This document shows, one piece after another, positions 1-7,366 of a stretch of 27,587 bases of DNA. The stretch comes from a virus. Its lineage: Duplodnaviria > Caudoviricetes. Every line of letters starts with the position of its first letter. Within the stretch, counting starts at the first letter, position 1. The stretch is taken from positions 1-27,587 of IMG/VR virus record IMGVR_UViG_3300044878_000138; one strand, written 5' to 3'. Below the pieces are notes generated by a model. The model was not told the origin of the DNA, did not search any database, and worked only from the letters and a program-made list of their open reading frames with translations. Position numbers and translations under genes: made by a program.

Positions 1-570
1 CGGGATCTGGACGACGCCATCGAAGTGGCCCACATCCAGCGTGACTTCGGCAACAGCGTCGGCCACGCCGCCGACGAACCACTGGGGGTGATCACCGCCG
101 GTGGCGGTGGCAAGTCGGCTGTCGTCGCCAGCAGTCTGGTGAAGCTGAAGGGCACCTGCCAGCACGGCCAGTCACTGGACCGCCCACTGGATGCCATTGC
201 AGCCCAAGGCAACCACTACGCCAACGTGCAGGCCTTCATGGTGAAGTTCTACGGCACCGGCGGCGCGGTCAGCTGCAACGAGCCGCTGGACACCATCACC
301 AGCAAGGCGCGCTTCGGGCTGGTCACTATCAAGGGGCAGGACTACCAGATCGTCGACATCGGCATGCGAATGCTGGAGCCGCACGAGCTGTACCGCTGCC
401 AAGGCTTCCCGGCTGACTTCCAGCACGAGGTGGTGATGGGCAAAAAACTACCGAAGCATGCACAGGTTCGCATGGTCGGCAACTCAGTGCCGCCGGGCCT
501 GGCCCGTGCACTGGTATCAGCAAACATCCCTCGCTGGGCACTCGGCCAAGCGATGGCGGAGAGCGCGTAA
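1..570 (+). CDS. C5 cytosine DNA methyltransferase, 3' part (5' end outside window)
   Basis: Frame is open from base 1. It has C-terminal C5-MTase motifs IX (RMLEPHELYRCQGFP) and X (QVRMVGNSVPP), plus repeated D/N-x-PL-x-x-I segments typical of the phage MTase variable region. Confidence 0.9.
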   Translation, partial: RDLDDAIEVAHIQRDFGNSVGHAADEPLGVITAGGGGKSAVVASSLVKLKGTCQHGQSLDRPLDAIAAQGNHYANVQAFMVKFYGTGGAVSCNEPLDTITSKARFGLVTIKGQDYQIVDIGMRMLEPHELYRCQGFPADFQHEVVMGKKLPKHAQVRMVGNSVPPGLARALVSANIPRWALGQAMAESA

Positions 571-821
571 TGGCGGACTTCTGCAGGGCGTGCACCGAAC
601 AGCTGTTCGGTGTCTTCGCCGCCCAAAACAACGACCTCAAAGGCCTGACCACCCAAGAAGACTGGGACAAGGGGCTGGCGGTGTCGGTTCTGTGTGAAGG
701 CTGCGGCCCGATCCAGGTCGACCCCGAGGGCAACTGTGTCTCCACTGACTGTCTGGAACACGGCAAACCGGGCCACGGCCTGCCATGGAAAAAGGAAGCC
801 GATAAATGCAATTCCGTGTAA
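570..821 (+). CDS. small Cys-rich hypothetical protein (probable zinc binder)
   Basis: ATG overlaps the upstream TAA. Contains FCRAC, LCEGCG and C-x4-C-x2-H. Confidence 0.75.
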   Translation: MADFCRACTEQLFGVFAAQNNDLKGLTTQEDWDKGLAVSVLCEGCGPIQVDPEGNCVSTDCLEHGKPGHGLPWKKEADKCNSV

Positions 822-1243
822 CCGCCAACAACACCAACGGCAGCCTCCCTCGCCTCGAGGAGCTGTTCGACACCATTGAGCAAGCCAAGAAGCACGCTGA
901 CTGGTGGCACCTGCAGTCATCAGTGTGCAACGTCGAGATCGACGAGCCGCTGGGCGTGATGCTGACCCGGGCCAATGGCGAGAAGGTGTTCGGCACCGCT
1001 GCCAGCCTGCACGAGGCGATGGAGGCCCGTGCCAGCTGGCAGGCCGTCATCGCCAACAAGAAGACCAACAAGAGCCGGGTCAAGCGGGCCGAGATCGTCG
1101 GCCTGCCGGTCAAGACCGCCATCGCCACCCCGGAGGATCACTACGTCGGGACGTGGATGGCGGAAGCCTTGGAGGACCCGAAGATGCCTCCAAGCATGAA
1201 GTACGACATCAATCGCTGGATGGACAGTAAGGAATGGGTATGA
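806..1243 (+). CDS. hypothetical phage protein
   Basis: 145-aa ORF with typical codon bias, AAGGA upstream, and an ATGA overlap with the next gene. Confidence 0.7.
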   Translation: MQFRVTANNTNGSLPRLEELFDTIEQAKKHADWWHLQSSVCNVEIDEPLGVMLTRANGEKVFGTAASLHEAMEARASWQAVIANKKTNKSRVKRAEIVGLPVKTAIATPEDHYVGTWMAEALEDPKMPPSMKYDINRWMDSKEWV

Positions 1244-2040
1244 AAGCTAAATCAGTGGTACAGGTTCGCACTACGGCGGGCCTGGTCGATGCTCCGTGCT
1301 ACCACCAGTGGGAGCAGAACATCGGCGGCATCGACTTCAAGTTCGCCTTGTGTGTCGCCTCCGGCCACACCAAGGGATTCCAGGCACCGCTGGCCATCTA
1401 CGAACTCAGCACCGGGTTCAACATCAAGGCCCGGCTGCTGCACCCGAACAGCCACAACCCGCTGACCGACAAGTCAGCTGAGGCGCTGCCCTCGGCCAAG
1501 CTGAAGAAGCTGGCCCGCGCTGCCTTCCACCGCACCATCTACATCCTGACCGGCCCTGAGCGCTTCCTGCAGGCCGTGCTGGGGGCGCAGATGCTGATCG
1601 CCAAGATGGAAGGCCGGATCAAACCCGACCCGGTGGTGAGACCGGCCATTCCGTACCCAGCCCCGGTCGTGATGCCGACCACGGCAGCCTGCCTGGCGTG
1701 TGAGGACACCCGGGTACTGACCACCACCGACCTCGATCACGAAGGGCAGCCGATCGAGGTAGCTTGCACTGAGTGCATCCCGGCACCGCTGCCACTGGAT
1801 CACGTCGTGGATTCCGCGTTCAACCCGGTGGATCACCTCACCGAGGACGAGTGGTTCGCCGGTCTCGACCGCCACAGCCAGCTCGACCACCTGTTCCACA
1901 AGCGTGATCAGGTGTCCGAGTCGCTGAAAGGCTACCAAGACAAGGTCCTGACCAAGGCTTGCATCGACCGCATCGACAGCCTGGAAGACGAGCTCGCCAC
2001 CCTCAACGCACACATCGCCGAACTGGAGAAGGATAAATGA
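1240..2040 (+). CDS. hypothetical protein with CxxC...CxxC zinc ribbon and C-terminal coiled coil
   Basis: ATGA overlap at 1240. Contains CLAC...CTEC and a heptad-like tail (IDSLEDELATLNAHIAELEK). Confidence 0.75.
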   Translation: MKAKSVVQVRTTAGLVDAPCYHQWEQNIGGIDFKFALCVASGHTKGFQAPLAIYELSTGFNIKARLLHPNSHNPLTDKSAEALPSAKLKKLARAAFHRTIYILTGPERFLQAVLGAQMLIAKMEGRIKPDPVVRPAIPYPAPVVMPTTAACLACEDTRVLTTTDLDHEGQPIEVACTECIPAPLPLDHVVDSAFNPVDHLTEDEWFAGLDRHSQLDHLFHKRDQVSESLKGYQDKVLTKACIDRIDSLEDELATLNAHIAELEKDK

Positions 2041-2444
2041 TCGAACAAGAAATGATCTTCAAGGGTCGGGCGCTGACCAAGGACCAGATCGACGTGCTGG
2101 TCAAGCTGCCGCCCGAGTCGCTGAACCTGTCAGCGAAGAACCTGCGCAAGGCCATCGACATCGCCCTGCGCAACGCCGACCTGTCGGTGCCGGACATTGA
2201 GGTGGGTCAGGTGGTCAGCTGGCACGTCGGCCTGGAGCGGGACAAGGGCCGTGTCGTCAGCTACGACGAGCGCGCTGACAAGTACCGGGTGACGTCGAAG
2301 CTGAAGAAGCGCGACGTCACCGTGCCGGGTCGCGACATCCGTGTCTTGCCGGACAAGGACTGCTGTGAAAACGGCCAGCAGGCGGGGCTCGCTCCTACAG
2401 ACGCCGAGTGCTGCAAGGAGAGCGCCGATGCCACGGCTGAATAA
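2037..2444 (+). CDS. hypothetical protein, possible SH3/KOW-like beta-barrel
   Basis: ATGA overlap. The segment IEVGQVV...GRVVSYD...YRV...V...DIRVL fits an SH3-like barrel pattern (inference). Confidence 0.7.
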   Translation: MIEQEMIFKGRALTKDQIDVLVKLPPESLNLSAKNLRKAIDIALRNADLSVPDIEVGQVVSWHVGLERDKGRVVSYDERADKYRVTSKLKKRDVTVPGRDIRVLPDKDCCENGQQAGLAPTDAECCKESADATAE

Positions 2445-2652
2445 CGACGAGGTCAAGCGCATCTGCATCGCAGCGGGCTTCAAGCTCAAGCGCCAGGGCA
2501 ACGGCACCATGGATCTCAACCCCTACGTCTACAAGGCGGCGGAGATGCTGGTGCAGGCGGCCTGCCGCCATGAGACCTGGCTGGGCCACGTCGGCACCGG
2601 GCGGATCTTCTGCGCTGACTGCGGCAAGCACAAGGAGCCGACCGATGAGTAG
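2428..2652 (+). CDS. hypothetical phage protein (GFKLK...DLNPYVY motif, C-terminal CxxC)
   Basis: AAGGAG precedes ATG 2428. 74 aa. The motif is familiar from small phage proteins. Confidence 0.7.
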   Translation: MPRLNNDEVKRICIAAGFKLKRQGNGTMDLNPYVYKAAEMLVQAACRHETWLGHVGTGRIFCADCGKHKEPTDE

Positions 2653-2932
2653 CTCACTGATCAGCCCGCTGCAGCACAGACAGATCGCCCAACTGCTGGA
2701 AGAGTGGCAGCGCCTGGACAAGCTGCACAACGACATCCAGATACCAGGATTCTTGTCGGTGCAGGTCCAAGGCAGCCACCGGGAAGAGTTCCTGCCGGGT
2801 GCACTGAAGGCGGCGAAGGAAGTGCTGAACCAGAAGGCTCAGCGCATCCGCGCTGACCTGAAGCAGCTTGACTACGACGTCACCTCTCTATTCCTGACGA
2901 CGCTGAGGTCTGCCGATGACACCAAGAATTGA
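2645..2932 (+). CDS. hypothetical protein
   Basis: AAGGAG precedes ATG 2645. Helical 95-aa ORF. Confidence 0.65.
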   Translation: MSSSLISPLQHRQIAQLLEEWQRLDKLHNDIQIPGFLSVQVQGSHREEFLPGALKAAKEVLNQKAQRIRADLKQLDYDVTSLFLTTLRSADDTKN

Positions 2933-3503
2933 CAGCATCACCTACACCGCGCGCCGTGGATCGCCGCCGCGCAAGCCGAAAGCCGGTGACGAGAAGATCG
3001 TCAAGGGAAAGCTGATGGTGCGCCAGCAGTGTCAGGGGCAAGGCCGCCTGATGATCAGCAACGGCCGTCCGGTGTGGGAATGGGTGGAATGGGGCAGCCA
3101 GCGGGATCGGCTGCGAGCCCGAGGCCGCTACCGCTGCTACCGTGGCGGACTGCCGGTGACACCTCCTCCCGCCGGCTGGAAGATCATTGAGTCGGGGCGC
3201 CCGGTGCCGAAAGGCTACTTGGTGTTCATCGAACCCTACGGCTCCACCGGCGAACTGGGCTGGCGTAAGGGTGAAGACTTCCACGGCTTCGAGGCCACCT
3301 ACGAGGGTGAACGCCGGGCCTTCGCCATTCCCAAGACCAACGACGAGATGACCCGCGACTACTTCGAAGAGGGCTGCGAGTGCATCGCCGAAAAGAAACT
3401 CCGCAAGCGGCCGGTCAGTGACTCGGCGGCCAAGGCGGTCAAATTCTACCTGGCCCGCTGCAAGTGCAGCCGGCACCCGGAGTACCAACATGCGCCTAAG
3501 TGA
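2916..3503 (+). CDS. hypothetical basic protein
   Basis: GAGGT precedes the ATG. 195 aa, Arg/Lys/Trp-rich, overlapping both neighbours. Confidence 0.65.
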   Translation: MTPRIDSITYTARRGSPPRKPKAGDEKIVKGKLMVRQQCQGQGRLMISNGRPVWEWVEWGSQRDRLRARGRYRCYRGGLPVTPPPAGWKIIESGRPVPKGYLVFIEPYGSTGELGWRKGEDFHGFEATYEGERRAFAIPKTNDEMTRDYFEEGCECIAEKKLRKRPVSDSAAKAVKFYLARCKCSRHPEYQHAPK

Positions 3504-3972
3504 CAAGAACATCGCGGCCTTAGTGGTCGCAGCGAACGAGTGTGACCCGACCGGGATTGGCTACGGCGACGTGCTGTTGCTGTGTGACGAGGTCCAGACC
3601 CGACGTGCCGACGAGCTGGCTGACGTTGAACGTACCGGCATCTCTCCACCGTTCCACGAAGCCAAAGCAGTGGCCGAGCCACCAACGGTGGTCCTGATGG
3701 ACATGCTGCTGGAACGTATCCAGAACAACGAAGCGTTTCTGGATCGGCAGGTACTGGCCTTCTTCAACGGCCTGAAGCGAGGCGGCTACTTCAAGACCGT
3801 GGCACTGGTCAACGTCGATGCCCTGCAGCAGGTGGTGCGGGCCTTGAACGGCCCTGAGTACCTGATCCGCGAGCTGATTGCCACCCGTAACCTGCCGACC
3901 ACGCAGAACGGCCCCCTCAACGCCATTGATCAGCTGTGCGCTGACTACGAGGCTTCCAATGCTGACAATTGA
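3490..3972 (+). CDS. hypothetical phage protein
   Basis: GGAG precedes ATG 3490. C-terminal segment ALNGPEYLIRELIATR. Confidence 0.65.
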   Translation: MRLSDKNIAALVVAANECDPTGIGYGDVLLLCDEVQTRRADELADVERTGISPPFHEAKAVAEPPTVVLMDMLLERIQNNEAFLDRQVLAFFNGLKRGGYFKTVALVNVDALQQVVRALNGPEYLIRELIATRNLPTTQNGPLNAIDQLCADYEASNADN

Positions 3973-4411
3973 ACAGATCGACGCACTGCTGAAGGAAGGT
4001 CTTCACGTCTTCCAGGGCACAGGTCGCCAGTATCGGACGGTATGGCGGGAGGACGGCGCCGGGTTCGCTGATAAGCAATCCCGCCTGATGTCTGCCCACC
4101 CCTCCGACGAAGCCGGCAATGACTGGCAGGTCGTCACAGCGGACGAGAATGGGATGACTACGTGCCGGGTGGCTTTCGAAGAGAGCACCGGCGTGTTCCA
4201 GGTCCTGCGCGACTTCGGCGCCAAGTACACCAAGGTGGTCAAGTTCGCCCCTCCGGTTCCGCCGGAGAACGGGATGAAGCCACTGCACGACTACGTGGTG
4301 TTCCTCCGGTCTGTGCCGATCAGCGACGAAGATGCCTGCGAGACGGCCATCGACATCCTGATTGGCATGAATCGCGACCCGATGACCCTCCAACCCCTTC
4401 TTGTGATCTGA
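3959..4411 (+). CDS. hypothetical protein
   Basis: GAGG precedes ATG 3959. 150 aa, fills the gap in the gene chain. Confidence 0.65.
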   Translation: MLTIEQIDALLKEGLHVFQGTGRQYRTVWREDGAGFADKQSRLMSAHPSDEAGNDWQVVTADENGMTTCRVAFEESTGVFQVLRDFGAKYTKVVKFAPPVPPENGMKPLHDYVVFLRSVPISDEDACETAIDILIGMNRDPMTLQPLLVI

Positions 4412-4419
4412 GGTGCCCC

Positions 4420-4812
4420 ATGGGACTTAGCCTGCAAAACCTGATCCTCATGGATCACGGCGCGATCTACCAGCCGCTCGACAGCTGCATGAAAGAGTTC
4501 AACGCCCGCAAGGGGTACAACGAGGTCACCTTCACCACCGAGGCCAAACTGGACAACGCGGCGGTGTTCCACGGCCAGATGAAAATGGAAAAGCTCGGGC
4601 TGATAATCTGGCTGGAACGCAGCAAGGTCAGCGCCTTCATGGCTCAGGTGCCGCCGGCCAACGTACCGGATGAGCAGGTCGGCCCGCTGCGCAGCCTGCA
4701 CCAGGCGCTGGCTGAAGTACTGAAGACCGGCGGCGACAAGGCCCTGCTGTGGGGCATCGACCTGAACCCGCTGAAGGACAACCTCGACGAAATGTTCGGA
4801 GGGCCGCTGTGA
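4420..4812 (+). CDS. hypothetical protein
   Basis: GAGGT precedes ATG 4420. 130 aa with strong codon bias. Confidence 0.7.
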   Translation: MGLSLQNLILMDHGAIYQPLDSCMKEFNARKGYNEVTFTTEAKLDNAAVFHGQMKMEKLGLIIWLERSKVSAFMAQVPPANVPDEQVGPLRSLHQALAEVLKTGGDKALLWGIDLNPLKDNLDEMFGGPL

Positions 4813-5408
4813 CCAGAGCGTTCAAACCCTTCACCCATCAGGTGCAGTGGCGCAAGCGAGGCTACTGGGCACCGGGGCCCAAGTTCAGCAGCGAGGAGCA
4901 GGCCGTCGAGTACGCCGACATCCGCGCGCTGCCGGAAAAGCTCGGCACCTACCGGGTGGTCCCGGTCACTGCTTGCGGTGAACCGACGGTCGATCAGTGC
5001 CTGGCCCTGATGAAACTGATGCAGCTGGAGCCGCAGCACTGGCGCCACCGCCTCGGCAACTTCTTCCGCCACACCGAGCGCCCCAAAGGGACGTGGTCGG
5101 AGCCGGAACTGCAGGCGCTGCAGGACATGGGCCAGCGAGTCCCCAACGACAAGCTGTTCAAGCTCAAGCCGCATCAGATGCACAACAAGCTGGAGATGGC
5201 CGATGCACGGGAACGGGCCGTAGAGATCTCCAAGGGCGTGCAGCACGTCGTGGCACTGGATCAGAACCCGGATGTCATGACCATCAACGAAGGCGCCTTT
5301 GTACAGGCCTGGGTATTTGTCCCCAAACGGACTGAGGAAGAACAGCGTGGACGTGACCATGATATTGCAGCCTACCTGGCCGGCTCGCCCCGGGCAGACG
5401 CTGCTTGA
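4809..5408 (+). CDS. hypothetical protein
   Basis: GGAGG SD and GTGA overlap at 4809. C-terminal GAFVQAWVFV motif. Confidence 0.7.
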   Translation: MTRAFKPFTHQVQWRKRGYWAPGPKFSSEEQAVEYADIRALPEKLGTYRVVPVTACGEPTVDQCLALMKLMQLEPQHWRHRLGNFFRHTERPKGTWSEPELQALQDMGQRVPNDKLFKLKPHQMHNKLEMADARERAVEISKGVQHVVALDQNPDVMTINEGAFVQAWVFVPKRTEEEQRGRDHDIAAYLAGSPRADAA

Positions 5409-5763
5409 AGCAACTTCAAGATGGAAGCGTAAGGCGTTGGAATCGTTCCTGATTCGCTGGGAAAAGGAACGCTCCATCCCCTACTCGACCCTGATTGAGT
5501 TCGCCAAGGACGATCGCTTCCCCTCTATGTCGCTGACCACAGCGGCGCAGCAGGGGATGATCGAATTATTAACCGCCGGTGTGGGTGACGACACCAAGCA
5601 GAAACTGACCCGGCGGGCTGACCGCTCGATCAGTCTGGCTGACCCGTACACCTGGACCGAGTGGATTCAATTTACCGAGGACGGCAAGGCCAGGCTGTAC
5701 GGCTGGCCCGGCCTCAGTCACGCCACAGTATTGCGCCGGGTGCGCAAGGAGTACCTGAAGTGA
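5359..5763 (+). CDS. hypothetical protein
   Basis: ORF ends in a GTGA overlap with the next gene. The start (5353 GTG or 5359 ATG) is uncertain. Confidence 0.6.
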   Translation: MILQPTWPARPGQTLLEATSRWKRKALESFLIRWEKERSIPYSTLIEFAKDDRFPSMSLTTAAQQGMIELLTAGVGDDTKQKLTRRADRSISLADPYTWTEWIQFTEDGKARLYGWPGLSHATVLRRVRKEYLK

Positions 5764-6134
5764 AGAACGACATCGTGCACAAGGTGGACTACACCGCGCT
5801 GGAGAAGCAGATGATTGACCGACTGGCGGCAGGCGGTATTCAGCCGACCAGCGCCCTGCTGGACATCCACACCATCACCACGGCGATTGTGCTGGGCATC
5901 AAGTACGCCGCGGTCACCCGGCCTCAGCGCAACAACGTGGGCAAGTCGCTGAACTTCGCCATGCTGTACACCCCCGGCGCGATGTGGGAGGTGCCGCAAG
6001 AGTCAGCGCTGATGGCGATCTGGACCGACGAAGAGAAGGCCCAGCTGTGCCACAAGCTCGGTGTCACCGAACCCGAGAACCTCTACAAGGTCCTCACCCA
6101 CCACTTTCAAACCGCTTACAAGGGGCAGGCATGA
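5760..6134 (+). CDS. stand-alone family-A DNA polymerase palm/fingers fragment protein (124 aa)
   Basis: AAGGAG SD and GTGA overlap. DYTALE, DIHTITTAIVLG and VTRPQRNNVGKSLNFAMLY align with Pol I DYSQIE, DIHRATAAEVFG and VTSEQRRSAKAINFGLIY. No motif C. Confidence 0.75.
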   Translation: MKNDIVHKVDYTALEKQMIDRLAAGGIQPTSALLDIHTITTAIVLGIKYAAVTRPQRNNVGKSLNFAMLYTPGAMWEVPQESALMAIWTDEEKAQLCHKLGVTEPENLYKVLTHHFQTAYKGQA

Positions 6135-6934
6135 ACATCACCAACGCAGTCAAAGACCACTTGATCACCGAGATGATCCGCCACGCGGCGAAACGCCAGG
6201 CAGCGCCGACGGCCAAGGCCGCCAAGGCGCTGGACAAGTTGTGGCGTCAGCTGTTCGCCAAGCAGATTGAGCTGAAGATCCCTGAGCTGCCTCAGTCCCG
6301 CTGGGCACCGCTGATTCAGGACGGCATCCTCAGCAGCATGAAGGGTGAGATCTACGTGGTCACCAACACCGACGACGGCAAGAAGGTCAGCACCGAGAAC
6401 ACCGCGCTGGGCAAGATCGGCATCGGCTACTCGAACAAGACCAAAGAGCGGGAAGTCGAAAGCGCCAAGTGGCAACAGATCCGCAGCGCGGTCAGCGCCG
6501 AGTGGGGCGGCTTCCTTAACTACGTCAGCCTGTACTGCGGCAGCTACGACTTCCACTACTCGTGGAAGACCAGCCACCCCGACCTGCCAAGCATCCGTGG
6601 CCTGGGTCACATCTTCCACCCGGACGTGGTGCTCGCTGACCAGTGCGACCCACGCATCCCCTACACCGAAGCGGCCTACCCGCTGGTGCAGCAGGTCGAC
6701 CGCCTGATGGCCGCGTTCAGGTCTGTGCTGATGGCCGCAGGGGAAATGTACGACGACCTGACCAAGATCCTCGTCTCGGTGCGGACCCTGAAGCAGCTGC
6801 AGGATCAGTTCCCCGAGGCGGTCGAGTTCCTGCCGGAAGAGTTCGCCACCAAGGTGCGTAACACCAAGCAGGTCGCCGACCCGGCGCTGGTCAGCCGGGC
6901 CCGCACCATGCTGCTGACCGGCATTCCTGATTAA
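6131..6934 (+). CDS. Nmad5-like (nucleotide modification associated domain 5) protein
   Basis: ATGA overlap at 6131. N-terminal ITNAVKDHLI and C-terminal LVSVRTLKQLQDQFPEAVEFLP match the Nmad5 pattern as I recall it. Confidence 0.7.
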   Translation: MNITNAVKDHLITEMIRHAAKRQAAPTAKAAKALDKLWRQLFAKQIELKIPELPQSRWAPLIQDGILSSMKGEIYVVTNTDDGKKVSTENTALGKIGIGYSNKTKEREVESAKWQQIRSAVSAEWGGFLNYVSLYCGSYDFHYSWKTSHPDLPSIRGLGHIFHPDVVLADQCDPRIPYTEAAYPLVQQVDRLMAAFRSVLMAAGEMYDDLTKILVSVRTLKQLQDQFPEAVEFLPEEFATKVRNTKQVADPALVSRARTMLLTGIPD

Positions 6935-6969
6935 CCGAAACACTGGCCGCTGGCCCAGAAGGAGAAAGC

Positions 6970-7293
6970 GTGGAACGTATAAAAACCGAACTGCTGATGA
7001 TCGGCAAAGAGAAGGGCGACACCGGCACCACGGCGCAGCAGCGTCAGTGGATCGAATACTACATGGACGCGCTGGATCAGTACCTGCGGCCCGAAGGCAT
7101 CCAGTCCTTCACCGCTGAGCAGCTGCGTCCTCCCTACGAGGAGTTCGTCAAAACCTACATGGTGACCGGCAGCCTGAACGAGGCCCGCGAGGGCGTCATC
7201 CAGTTCTTCCACACCCGGCGCCACCTGCGGGATAAGCCCGTAAACACGGCAGTCAATAGCTCGGTCGTAGATATTTTTAAAAAGAGATCTTGA
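6970..7293 (+). CDS. hypothetical protein
   Basis: AAGGAG SD precedes the GTG. 107 aa. Confidence 0.7.
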   Translation: MERIKTELLMIGKEKGDTGTTAQQRQWIEYYMDALDQYLRPEGIQSFTAEQLRPPYEEFVKTYMVTGSLNEAREGVIQFFHTRRHLRDKPVNTAVNSSVVDIFKKRS

Positions 7294-7296
7294 CCA

Positions 7297-7327
7297 AGGT
7301 GGGCACGATTAACTATCGTGCCCACCT
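7297..7327. repeat. perfect 13-bp inverted repeat AGGTGGGCACGAT-TAACT-ATCGTGCCCACCT
   Basis: Read directly from the sequence. Intergenic, with no U-tract. Confidence 0.9.
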
Positions 7328-7366
7328 ATAAGCATATAAGCATATAAACTCATAAGGTGATAAGCA
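7327..7366. repeat. five tandem 8-bp units sharing an ATAA core (TATAAGCA TATAAGCA TATAAACT CATAAGGT GATAAGCA)
   Basis: Read directly from the sequence. The array runs into the helicase start codon. Confidence 0.8.

Noticed and set aside
941-960. DEPLGV peptide shared between gene 806-1243 and the methyltransferase repeat at 73-92
   Set aside because: It is a six-residue match with no flanking similarity, most likely chance.
5661-5759. Upstream extensions given by the ORF track (e.g. 5661, 5984, 4162, 16491, 22250 starts)
   Set aside because: They overlap upstream genes extensively. Downstream starts with SD sequences and stop-start overlaps fit better.
7297-7327. Protelomerase site or Rho-independent terminator
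   Set aside because: It is too short and has a 5-nt loop, unlike long telRL palindromes, and there is no U-tract on either strand.
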